From a virus (Duplodnaviria > Caudoviricetes), in the IMG/VR virus record IMGVR_UViG_3300027805_000006: a stretch of DNA of 64,000 nt; one strand, given 5' to 3'. A program made the translations under genes and the position numbers. The number at the start of each line of letters is the position of its first letter. Position 1 is the stretch's first letter. Under the pieces are notes generated by a model. It was not told the origin of the DNA. It saw only the letters and a list, made by a program, of their open reading frames with translations, and did no database searches. Below are positions 25,568 through 33,967 of the stretch, piece by piece.

Positions 25568-26803
25568 CTACGTAGTCAGTTTGATGCCAATGGTGTTGAT
25601 GATGCGTGGCAGTTCATCAATATACTGCCGCGGCACCCCATCAATTCCATCGTGCATCATAATGCCGTGACGGTCAATCTCATTCCAAATTAGGTAGCGC
25701 GCCCCTCTCTCCCACTCAAAGTAGTTTGAGAATACGCGTTTTTGGTTCTTGAGCGATGGGTTAAGTTTCAAGTTTGCTGCACACACCGCCTTCTTTGCAC
25801 GTGAGTACTGCCTCGAAATAGTTTGAAGCCGAGCGCCAATCTTCTCAAGACGACTTTGACTTACATCTCCTGACGCTTGAATGATAAGTTGAGCGGTAAC
25901 TGAAAAAGAATTGCCTCCTGACATAATTGCTGGTGAAATTCTTGACCCATTTGCAAGGCTCATACATACCTTCTTTACAACAGAAATTCCTTCTTCATTC
26001 CACTCAAGCCCGAGAGTGTTTTCACAGAGGTCCTTTCGCCACTTCTGCTTATCGTCGATTAGTTGTTTAAGGTCTGGGTAAAGCATCTTCACGAGACGTT
26101 GCTTAGTACTATAAATTTCACTAATGTGTGACATTAAATATTGCGTATATGCACTATCAATATCAATTGATGCACCAAACAATTTTTCACGCAACCAAGA
26201 TGGCCACGTCTCAATTGCAGCAATTGGCCAAATTGAGGTATCACGCTGCTTCAATTTACCAGCAGGTTGAAAAACAAAATTTACTTCGTCTTGCTGAAGA
26301 AGCCACTTGACAGGCGCAATTAAATCAACACGACCCTCACTATAAAGTTGGTCAAGTATATTTGACGAGTTGCTTCTGATGATATAGACCTTTGATATAA
26401 CTCCATCTGGGCGTTCAGCAGGCACAAACTGAAGATCAAGTTCTGTTGTCTGAGCCTCAATATTATTTTCTAACTTTTTTGGAATAAGCAGTGATATCTG
26501 CTTGTCATCATTTGCAATATTGTAGCCTAGTTGCTGTACGTCAAAAAAATAATCTAGGGCACGCCTATAGTCATATACCCAATCCCTAAGAGCAACGAGC
26601 CGCAGTTTAATTGGATAGAATGCTCTGCACGCAGCGTTGCGCATTGAATGCGAGTGCAGATTTGCAAGAAAAAGAATTAAGTCTTGCCTATCTTGCTGCC
26701 TCTGTCGATGAATTCTACTCTTGTCGTTGTAGAAGCGACTGACGTGAAGAGGATCTGCAGGGCTGATCACCCGGCTTGCCTTCACCCTGTAGATTGCGCT
26801 CAC
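25568..26803 (-). CDS. Divergent family-A / T7-like nucleic acid polymerase core
   Basis: G(K)L..., LREKLF, motif A IDIDSAY (D214), motif B SVVKKVCMSLANGS (K277) and motif C MMHDG (D385), in PolA order and with PolA-like spacing. Confidence 0.6.
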   Translation of the reverse strand: MSAIYRVKASRVISPADPLHVSRFYNDKSRIHRQRQQDRQDLILFLANLHSHSMRNAACRAFYPIKLRLVALRDWVYDYRRALDYFFDVQQLGYNIANDDKQISLLIPKKLENNIEAQTTELDLQFVPAERPDGVISKVYIIRSNSSNILDQLYSEGRVDLIAPVKWLLQQDEVNFVFQPAGKLKQRDTSIWPIAAIETWPSWLREKLFGASIDIDSAYTQYLMSHISEIYSTKQRLVKMLYPDLKQLIDDKQKWRKDLCENTLGLEWNEEGISVVKKVCMSLANGSRISPAIMSGGNSFSVTAQLIIQASGDVSQSRLEKIGARLQTISRQYSRAKKAVCAANLKLNPSLKNQKRVFSNYFEWERGARYLIWNEIDRHGIMMHDGIDGVPRQYIDELPRIINTIGIKLTT

Positions 26804-27027
26804 ACGCGCCCGGTCTTCAACTTCTTATAAATTGACTTTACGCTATCTGGTCGAACAAGCAGTTGATAGCGTGGTGCTGAAGGCTGACTATTTTCCGATT
26901 TTGCAAATCTATTTTCGTACGTCTTAACGACGTATCCATCTTTCTTAATATCCTTACCTGCCTCTGATAAGGTAGTAGCGAGACCCAGCGCCGCCCGCCG
27001 CATCCTCTTTGCTTGTTTTCCGTTCAT
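26800..27027 (-). CDS. Small basic hypothetical protein
   Basis: 75 aa, SD AGGAG, stop overlaps the start of the polymerase-like gene. Confidence 0.7.
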   Translation of the reverse strand: MNGKQAKRMRRAALGLATTLSEAGKDIKKDGYVVKTYENRFAKSENSQPSAPRYQLLVRPDSVKSIYKKLKTGRV

Positions 27028-27048
27028 ATATATTCTCCTATAAAAAGG

Positions 27049-27651
27049 TCACCAGATCCCAGCGTACTTGGGATTTAAAACAGTATCTGCCCAGTCAGGG
27101 ATATATCCAAAATTTTGCTTAAAAAATAACACTTCCCAGTTTTTGGATGATGCTGTGCCAAGCTTAGAGAGCCTAGGTCTTACGATTATAAATCGTATAT
27201 CCTGCGGCTGCCTTAATCCCTTCACAAGGAGAGGTTCTTTAACACCCATCATTTGAATGATTGTATCACTTGGGCTGATCTGTTCCAAATGAAACGCAGG
27301 TATTGGGAGTTGAATTGAGTGAATGACTGAAGGATGTGGAGTTGGCAGTGCCCTAAGACCCTTGCTTGATTCACAAAATCTAACGATTGAATTTAAAAAT
27401 GACTGATACGTAAAGTCATTCACACCGCCTCGCTTAACGTGCGCTTTCACCATATCACGGTCGGGTGGGAAATAAGTTGTTTTTACATCGCCTCTCTGCT
27501 TGGCATTGTACGGCCCAAGGAACTCTGCGGCCTGCACATGCAGGTTGTAGTGGTTTGAAAGAACTGGAATAAGGTCTGAAAAGTCTTGAATTTTTCCTTG
27601 ACGTGAAGCATCAAGCCGGGCATTCCACCTAGGCAGTGTAGTAGTTTCCAT
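27049..27651 (-). CDS. Hypothetical protein, possibly a TnpB-like N-terminal (REC/WED) fragment lacking RuvC
   Basis: 200 aa. The ORF is well supported; the TnpB resemblance is by-eye only (R.RL...YN; Q..L...; IRFIIVRPR...NWEVLF). Confidence 0.55.
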   Translation of the reverse strand: METTTLPRWNARLDASRQGKIQDFSDLIPVLSNHYNLHVQAAEFLGPYNAKQRGDVKTTYFPPDRDMVKAHVKRGGVNDFTYQSFLNSIVRFCESSKGLRALPTPHPSVIHSIQLPIPAFHLEQISPSDTIIQMMGVKEPLLVKGLRQPQDIRFIIVRPRLSKLGTASSKNWEVLFFKQNFGYIPDWADTVLNPKYAGIW

Positions 27652-27657
27652 AATAGT

Positions 27658-28236
27658 TTAAACTTTAGAATACCAAAATTCAATAATTGGTAATAGGTCA
27701 TCAAGATAATAGACGTCAATGCTCTTGCTTATTCCAGCAGCTAAAAGAGTTAGGCGCGGCTTAACACCATTCTCTGTAAGTACACGATAATCAGCTCGGA
27801 CGTCTAAAGTATCCACTGCAACAAAAATAGCAGTTCTATTCCACTTAAAGATAAGCATAGGAGACTTATCAATTTTGCAAGCGTCAACTGCTGCTTCATC
27901 GAACCATTTAAACACATTCGCAGTATTTGAAACAAGCGATGTGAAATTATCTGGAGTAGAGTATGATTTACATTCTATAGAATGTTTAAAATTAAAGCCC
28001 TCTTTTCTCTCATTTACTGGAACAACGTCGCCAACAAAGATCTTAAGTGCTTCCTCGCCGAACATTTGACCTATAGTTTCAAAGTTCTTTCCGCCCACAC
28101 GAGCGCCCGACCCGGGTGTACGGATAAAATTAAGTGGTGCAAGTGCAGCGGTAAGCTTTTTTGCAACGGTGCCTTCGAAGCCGTTGCCTTTTCCCTTGGA
28201 ATTAAATCGCTTTTTCTTGTCTTTTGGCTGTTCCAT
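27658..28236 (-). CDS. Holliday junction resolvase (PD-(D/E)XK, Hjc-like)
   Basis: NSKGKGNGFE..VAKKL; RTPGSGA; GDV; SIECK; W..EA..DA.....PMLIFK.NR. Confidence 0.85.
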   Translation of the reverse strand: MEQPKDKKKRFNSKGKGNGFEGTVAKKLTAALAPLNFIRTPGSGARVGGKNFETIGQMFGEEALKIFVGDVVPVNERKEGFNFKHSIECKSYSTPDNFTSLVSNTANVFKWFDEAAVDACKIDKSPMLIFKWNRTAIFVAVDTLDVRADYRVLTENGVKPRLTLLAAGISKSIDVYYLDDLLPIIEFWYSKV

Positions 28237-28930
28237 TTTTTACCATCTTTGCTAATTGTTTGGATGTTATTCCAAGTTGACGAAGTGCTGCACACCCAGA
28301 TTTATATGTGATACCATTCACGGTATACTGCACTGCATTTACTGGGGTTCTACCTACATTCATTTTCCCGACCTCAGCCATTGCAGTGCGCCGCTTGGGA
28401 TCTTCAAGCATAATTTTTTGTGCTGCCGCCATCTTTGCACGAGTTTCTGCAGAGCGTGTTATTCCTTTAAGCCCATCAGAGGTCTTCCTCTTCTCTTCGG
28501 CGGTTCGCGGAATACCCAGCTTGGCATTCCTCATCTTCTTCTTTACTTCTGGGTTTGCTAATGCAACCTTGACCCCGGCACTGATCTTTTCTATGATCTC
28601 GCTCCTACGCAGCATAGTATCTTCGCCCCATCCTCCCTCCGCACGCGCTATGTTAAAGAGTATTATCCCCTCAGATCTAAGGCGATCTATGTGCTCGTTT
28701 TCAATTGCAAAGTAGAATGCCTTGTCATAAGGACCAAGCAATTCGGTGATCTCATAGCTAAACGCTTCAGCCCCATACTTCTGCCAAGCATGCTGCAGAT
28801 GCCTGTTGAAATGTTTATTGTTTAGTAACAATCCAACGTGCACGCCCCACCGCTTGTCTATGTTCTTGGCTGAGCCCAAGTAGACCTTTTGATTAGCTGA
28901 ACATGTAATAGTGTAGATGCCTCCGCGCAT
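28202..28930 (-). CDS. Free-standing GIY-YIG homing endonuclease (I-TevI-like, NUMOD3 repeats)
   Basis: GIYTITCSANQKVYLGSAKNIDKRWGVH...L.....H.N.HLQ.AW.KYG; repeats R(S/T)AE...K. Confidence 0.92.
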   Translation of the reverse strand: MRGGIYTITCSANQKVYLGSAKNIDKRWGVHVGLLLNNKHFNRHLQHAWQKYGAEAFSYEITELLGPYDKAFYFAIENEHIDRLRSEGIILFNIARAEGGWGEDTMLRRSEIIEKISAGVKVALANPEVKKKMRNAKLGIPRTAEEKRKTSDGLKGITRSAETRAKMAAAQKIMLEDPKRRTAMAEVGKMNVGRTPVNAVQYTVNGITYKSGCAALRQLGITSKQLAKMVKNGTAKRQEKAI

Positions 28931-28934
28931 ACCC

Positions 28935-28942
28935 TATTTATG
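28935..28942 (-). promoter_or_regulatory. Late promoter-like box CATAAATA, 4 nt before the endonuclease ATG
   Basis: CATAAATA-GGGT-ATG. Confidence 0.55.
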
Positions 28943-28980
28943 CGTAGTGGGAAAGCAAAAGGGTCAGGTCGACCTGATGT

Positions 28981-29058
28981 TTACTCGATGTCCTTAAGCT
29001 TTCGCTTCTGTGGCGGCTCGGGAGATACGTCTATAGCGGCGATATTTTGTTTTTGCAT
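28981..29058 (-). CDS. Possible 25-aa small ORF (MQKQNIAAIDVSPEPPQKRKLKDIE)
   Basis: Fills an intergenic gap directly downstream of the GATAAATA box at 29087-29094; weak SD. Confidence 0.35.
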   Translation of the reverse strand: MQKQNIAAIDVSPEPPQKRKLKDIE

Positions 29059-29086
29059 AATAGTTAAAATAGGTATGGGATAAAAA

Positions 29087-29094
29087 TATTTATC
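29087..29094 (-). promoter_or_regulatory. Late promoter-like box GATAAATA
   Basis: Intergenic, downstream of the 29129 stop. Confidence 0.55.
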
Positions 29095-29128
29095 GCCCCC
29101 GTTTCAACCTTTTTTATGCAATCAACAT

Positions 29129-29596
29129 TTATTTCTTTTCAGTGAAGTTGTCTTCGAAGTACTTTGCCTTTTGCACCGTGTAGGTGAACTCATCTTCATC
29201 AGTCTGGCGGATTAGATAGTCGCCCTTCTTAATGGTTTCAGTGTTACCCTCAAGGTCAATTTTTGAAGTATCACCTTCATACTTAAACGCTTCTACTTCT
29301 TCAGCATCTCGATAGACAATAAATCCCTCAGCATCTTCTTTTTGGTTTGCTCTTACAGGAACATAGTTATCCTCTAGTTCCTCTGAATCCATAGTGGAAA
29401 CAAGTTTGCGCTTGCCTGAAGTATCAGAGAACACCTCATATTCTGTTGGGACGCTATCTGGTACTTTTTTGACCATATAGACAGCATTAGGCACATAGTT
29501 AAGTGCGCTGTCTTTATTTTCCTTCCAGATATCAGCAGCCTTGATTGTTTCAAGGGCTTCTTCACTGATAGACAAAAGTTCCTGGAGAAGTTTCAT
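29129..29596 (-). CDS. Acidic protein with leader MKLLQE and a PGDYG-like domain
   Basis: C-terminal ETIKKGDYLIRQ...F.Y......F..NF; candidate internal protein. Confidence 0.7.
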   Translation of the reverse strand: MKLLQELLSISEEALETIKAADIWKENKDSALNYVPNAVYMVKKVPDSVPTEYEVFSDTSGKRKLVSTMDSEELEDNYVPVRANQKEDAEGFIVYRDAEEVEAFKYEGDTSKIDLEGNTETIKKGDYLIRQTDEDEFTYTVQKAKYFEDNFTEKK

Positions 29597-29975
29597 ATTC
29601 GGTCCTGAATTGCAAGTTAGTTATAGAGAGCAGCGCGGCATCTGCGCTTTTTATAATGTTATTTAGTTGATTTTCGTACTCAATAATTTTTTTTTCTGGA
29701 ATAGACATAAAATTCAGCATTACTGCAATGTGTTCTACAATCTTACAGTTACCCATTAATTCAAAGTCCTTAAGTAAAGGTTCTTCTTCTACCTCTTCTA
29801 CGCTCAAGATGTAGTGCTCGTATGGGAATTCCAGTCTTCGCCGTAAAAACAGTTGACCAAATAATTTTGATTTTGCCGTTCCAACGTCACATATCTTATT
29901 TAATGCAGCAGTAACAACCTGTTGCATCTTATCACGTGAGGCGAGTGCGGCTTCTAGTCTGTCAATATTAGTCAT
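29562..29975 (-). CDS. Hypothetical protein
   Basis: Start taken at ATG 29975 (SD GGGG, 22 nt after the GTAAATA box at 29997-30003). Confidence 0.65.
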   Translation of the reverse strand: MTNIDRLEAALASRDKMQQVVTAALNKICDVGTAKSKLFGQLFLRRRLEFPYEHYILSVEEVEEEPLLKDFELMGNCKIVEHIAVMLNFMSIPEKKIIEYENQLNNIIKSADAALLSITNLQFRTEYETSPGTFVYQ

Positions 29976-30026
29976 ACTGACCCCAATAATAAACAATATT
30001 TACAGAGCACTCGTGAAAATATATTC

Positions 30027-31766
30027 TTATTGAACTACAACTTCGGAAAATCCATTTATTTTTCTAACAAGAAGGCTGTTGTCAAGTCTTCCGGCAATTG
30101 CTGGGTGATGACTAATTACAAAGATGCTCATTTCTTCATCTCGTGCCTTCTCTTTCAGAAGCCGGACAATTGAATCGATTCCGTTTTGGTCCAGGGCGCC
30201 ATCTAACTCATCAATTAACAGAACATTAGTACGAGCGTGTAGGTGGTGCAGTACGTCTCTAAATGCAAGCATTAGCGCAGTATTCACCCGCTTCTTTTCA
30301 CCAGCGCTCAGATTTCCAAAGTCTAGTTCTCTCCCAAACTCAGAAACAGTACAACTCATATCTGCATCAAACTTTACTAGGTGCGGCAGACCAAGAGTAC
30401 GAGTGTAGAGATTTACTCTGGAGTTTAGGAATGGAATTGTTTGATTGATAATTTTCCTGCGCAGGAAAGAATTTTTATCTGTAAGCAGTTTTACAAGAAA
30501 GTTTTGGTGGTCAAGCCTTTTACGAAGGACATCAACTTTAGAAAAGTCAATCGTATCTACCGCCTCATTTAAAAGAGTATCTCGAGCCTCGACGTGCGGG
30601 TTTTCAGCCAACTTTAACTCTTCAATTTTGTTTCGAAGAGATGCAGCATTTTCTCGTGCTGTCAGCAGGTCAGCAAGGTCAGGGTGTTTGATTTCACTTT
30701 CGAGAGTGGCAAGTCGGTCCTTCTTTTGCTTTAACTCTACATCGAGAGTTGTTTCCTTCTCTTCAGTTTCAAGAAGTTTTGCACCTTTTTCTTCTAGCAA
30801 TTGACGAAGGGCGCTGAGACGCTCTGGCGCACTTGCATATGTCTGCGAGCAGTATGGACACCTTTGGTCTACCAAGTGGCTCTCTTCACCTATTAACTTT
30901 TCTACTTCTTTTGAAAGGAACTGCTTGTCCTTCTTCAATGGCACTAGACGCGCAGAAAGGTATGCGCTCTCTTCCTTCAGTTTATCCTTCTCATCATGTA
31001 GAGACTTCTCAGAGACAAAATCGATTGTTGCAAGCGCCTCAAGCGTTGCCTCGATATTCGTAATATTTTCTGCTCTAGACGTTTCCCACCGACTAACGCG
31101 GTCTTCTGCTTCCTTCAGGTGCTTCTTGTGAAGGTCAACTGCAACCTGTTGCTGAGCACAAACGGCTTCTGCAATCTTAATATCACTTTCTGTTTGCCTG
31201 ATTTTCTCCTTTAGCATCTGCGCCTTCTCAGAAAGCATTGTGATGTTGAATAACTCCTCAATCTGGTTGCGCTGCTGGGCAATTGGTAACTGCAAGAAGG
31301 CAGGAGAATTTCCAGAGAAAATTACTGTCTTTGTAAAAAGGTCGTATGAAATTCCGATGATGCTCTCAATTAACTCGTCGCACTCTGTCACACCCTTGCC
31401 TGGAGTAATGTCCTCACCATCGCGCTTGATTTCAATCTTGTACTCTTCACCTCGCGCTCGATAAATCTCATATTCAATGCCACCTTTTTCAAAAATAAGA
31501 CGAACTTCCATCAGCGTATTCTTAGTGGCATTGGTACTATTGATTAGACGCTGTAGGCTAATGCTATCAAATGGCTTATTGAAGATTGCGTAGCAAAGAG
31601 CATTAATGATTGATGACTTGCCGCTGCCATTGCTTCCACCATTGTCTAGGTTTTGTCCTTCAATCGATACCGTCTTCTGCTCAAAGAGGTCAAATACCTG
31701 TGTTTGGTTACCGTATGACAGAAAGTTTCTGACTTCGAGCGTCTTGAAGATAAGAGGGATTGACAT
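30027..31766 (-). CDS. gp46: Recombination endonuclease ATPase subunit (Rad50/SbcC-like)
   Basis: Walker A GGSNGSGKSS, zinc hook CPYC, signature LSAGEK, Walker B LLIDE, H-loop SHH. Confidence 0.96.
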   Translation of the reverse strand: MSIPLIFKTLEVRNFLSYGNQTQVFDLFEQKTVSIEGQNLDNGGSNGSGKSSIINALCYAIFNKPFDSISLQRLINSTNATKNTLMEVRLIFEKGGIEYEIYRARGEEYKIEIKRDGEDITPGKGVTECDELIESIIGISYDLFTKTVIFSGNSPAFLQLPIAQQRNQIEELFNITMLSEKAQMLKEKIRQTESDIKIAEAVCAQQQVAVDLHKKHLKEAEDRVSRWETSRAENITNIEATLEALATIDFVSEKSLHDEKDKLKEESAYLSARLVPLKKDKQFLSKEVEKLIGEESHLVDQRCPYCSQTYASAPERLSALRQLLEEKGAKLLETEEKETTLDVELKQKKDRLATLESEIKHPDLADLLTARENAASLRNKIEELKLAENPHVEARDTLLNEAVDTIDFSKVDVLRKRLDHQNFLVKLLTDKNSFLRRKIINQTIPFLNSRVNLYTRTLGLPHLVKFDADMSCTVSEFGRELDFGNLSAGEKKRVNTALMLAFRDVLHHLHARTNVLLIDELDGALDQNGIDSIVRLLKEKARDEEMSIFVISHHPAIAGRLDNSLLVRKINGFSEVVVQ

Positions 31767-32806
31767 TACTTCAACTCCTCATATAGGTCAACTAGCATCG
31801 AGGGGTCAATTGTCTGCGATGGCTGGACGCCCTCTGTTATCAACTTGCGCACCGTATTGTCAAGTGATGTTAGGTCAATTTCACCTTCCATTTCTAATCC
31901 TTCTTCTAGTTGCTCTTTCCTTGCCATAAGGTCCTCTTCAACTGAAAATTCTCTTAGCCCCAGTGTCTTTATCATTTCTTCCTTAAGCGCCTGCACGTCG
32001 CTGTAGCCAATATCAACATCCAACATACAGCGTACGCGACTGTTTTCCGGAAAATATGCTTCACCATCTAACACGCGGCTCAACTTCGTCTTGAAGAAAA
32101 GTGGTGCTTTTTCCCAGTTATGAAACCAAATATCTTCATTTTCAACGTCAAACACCGCGCATCCTCTTTCACTGTCACCAGCATCCCCAAAATTAGTTGG
32201 AAATGTATTGCCAATGTAGATTATGTTTTTGAATGTTTGTCTCTTATGAAAGTGCCCACTGAAGATAAACTGCGGTCCAGAAAAATCCTCAGGATCGGGT
32301 CCGTGCTCCATCCGCCTATCAGCACCAGTGACAATAAAGTTTCTAAATTCAAAGTGACCAATCACATAACGACTTGAATTGATGTCAGGCACCTGTATTG
32401 GATATTCTTCCCTAAAGAGATAGGGAGCCGCATAGAATTTTTTAGTAAGTTTCTTTGGCTCACTTACAAGGTGAAAGTTGTTTAGGTCATTGAAGATATC
32501 AGTCGAAAATATCTCTCTGTTTGAGCGATGGTAGAGGTCGTGATTGCCGATAATAAAAATCACAGGTAAGCCGATAGCATTTAACCGCCTTGCACCCTCT
32601 TGAGAAAATTTCAGGGTCTTGACATTTATCTGATTTCTATTTTCAAACCAATCACCTAAAAATGCAATATGTGAAGGTTTTTCCTGCTTTGCTACTTCGA
32701 TAAGCCAATCGATATACTGCAGATTATCAAGATTGTGCTGCTCAGAGTTATTGCGACACCCCCAGTGGATGTCAGTAAACATTAGAAGTTTTTTGATTTC
32801 CTGCAT
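31766..32806 (-). CDS. gp47: Recombination endonuclease nuclease subunit (Mre11/SbcD-like)
   Basis: FTDIHWG, LGDWFE, GNHD, GHFE, SGHFHKRQ, YIG. Confidence 0.96.
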   Translation of the reverse strand: MQEIKKLLMFTDIHWGCRNNSEQHNLDNLQYIDWLIEVAKQEKPSHIAFLGDWFENRNQINVKTLKFSQEGARRLNAIGLPVIFIIGNHDLYHRSNREIFSTDIFNDLNNFHLVSEPKKLTKKFYAAPYLFREEYPIQVPDINSSRYVIGHFEFRNFIVTGADRRMEHGPDPEDFSGPQFIFSGHFHKRQTFKNIIYIGNTFPTNFGDAGDSERGCAVFDVENEDIWFHNWEKAPLFFKTKLSRVLDGEAYFPENSRVRCMLDVDIGYSDVQALKEEMIKTLGLREFSVEEDLMARKEQLEEGLEMEGEIDLTSLDNTVRKLITEGVQPSQTIDPSMLVDLYEELK

Positions 32807-33967
32807 TTATTTTTCCACGTAAAAAATTTCACCACAATCCCATACAGGGCTTTTCAACCCGTGCTTAAATTGTGGATGAATTTTATATTCCTTTGGTTCA
32901 TCAAACCCAATTATGTTTAGATTAAACTGCTGTGGAAGTGGCCAAGCACCACTAACCTTTAAACACTTACCGTCAAGTAAAAGTTGTTCATCTTTTGAAA
33001 TATTAATGTAGTTTTCAAACAGCCTATCCTTTACTTCATTTGGCATTATATCAATTTCATCTTCAAACAGCGATATAAGCGTAATTGACTTTCTTAGGCA
33101 GGATATTAATTTTTCTTGGTGATAGCCATTATAGGCACCTGCTGCTTCACTATGCCAGTATAAGCCGTTAATTTCAATTGCAAGGTTATGTTCAGGCAGA
33201 TAGAAATCCAGTTCCCTCGGCTTTATAATTTTTCTATCATTTTCAACAAAATTGATGTTATTTTCTAACAACCACGTTTTAACGCGTATGTGTTGAGTGC
33301 TAATCTGGTGTGGAAAACATTTCTTGCACCTTGGTATTTGAGAGCACCAAACACGTCGTGAAAAAATATGACCACAAATATGCTGTAGTTTTACTTCTTG
33401 AGAACTAGTAGGATTTTCAACAAGTGATAGATTTTCTTTTTCAAGCAAGAAAGACAATCTTCTGGTGAATGCCTGAGACTTAATTTCCTGGGATTGATCA
33501 CGCAATTTGCCTAGATTAAAGGCGTTCTCTACACCATATTTTTTAAGCATTACTTTTTTAAAATAGGAACCTCCAAAATAGTGCTCTGGTGTGGAGCCAT
33601 ATTTCTGAAGAACCGTTGCTGCTGCTTTATGTTTTGTTACTTCTAATTTTTGAGGATAGTCTATTCCATATTTTTTAATGTTAGATTGCTTTCTAGCATA
33701 CTGAGTTGTCTCAGCGTTAGCGCTGCATCTTGCAGAACAAAACTTTCTAAAAGTGCCTCTTGCGAATATTGTAGATTGACCACAAATAGCACACCCCTCA
33801 GGTTGCCCGTTTTGATCTATCCAAGCAACCTCAGCAGGTGTTCTTCCATTTAGTAACTTTTTGATTTGCGGAGTTACTAACTTTTTCCAATTGGAATTTA
33901 TTGAACCATCCTCTTTTATAATTGCTGATTTTTTAAGAATATCAGTTATCACTGCTGTTGCCACCAC
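32807..33967 (-). CDS. Hef-like / PD-(D/E)XK homing endonuclease between gp55 and gp47
   Basis: Cys motifs CAICG...FCSARCS, KYG repeats, RELDFYLPEHNLAIEINGLYWHSE, LISLFEDE, C-terminal VWDCG. Confidence 0.85.
   Translation of the reverse strand: MVATAVITDILKKSAIIKEDGSINSNWKKLVTPQIKKLLNGRTPAEVAWIDQNGQPEGCAICGQSTIFARGTFRKFCSARCSANAETTQYARKQSNIKKYGIDYPQKLEVTKHKAAATVLQKYGSTPEHYFGGSYFKKVMLKKYGVENAFNLGKLRDQSQEIKSQAFTRRLSFLLEKENLSLVENPTSSQEVKLQHICGHIFSRRVWCSQIPRCKKCFPHQISTQHIRVKTWLLENNINFVENDRKIIKPRELDFYLPEHNLAIEINGLYWHSEAAGAYNGYHQEKLISCLRKSITLISLFEDEIDIMPNEVKDRLFENYINISKDEQLLLDGKCLKVSGAWPLPQQFNLNIIGFDEPKEYKIHPQFKHGLKSPVWDCGEIFYVEK

Noticed and set aside
7534-28930. Group I introns around the GIY-YIG genes
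   Set aside because: The flanking genes (gp13, gp14, gp20, gp21, resolvase) are complete on their own, and the gaps are too short or lack recognisable P7 or other intron core elements.
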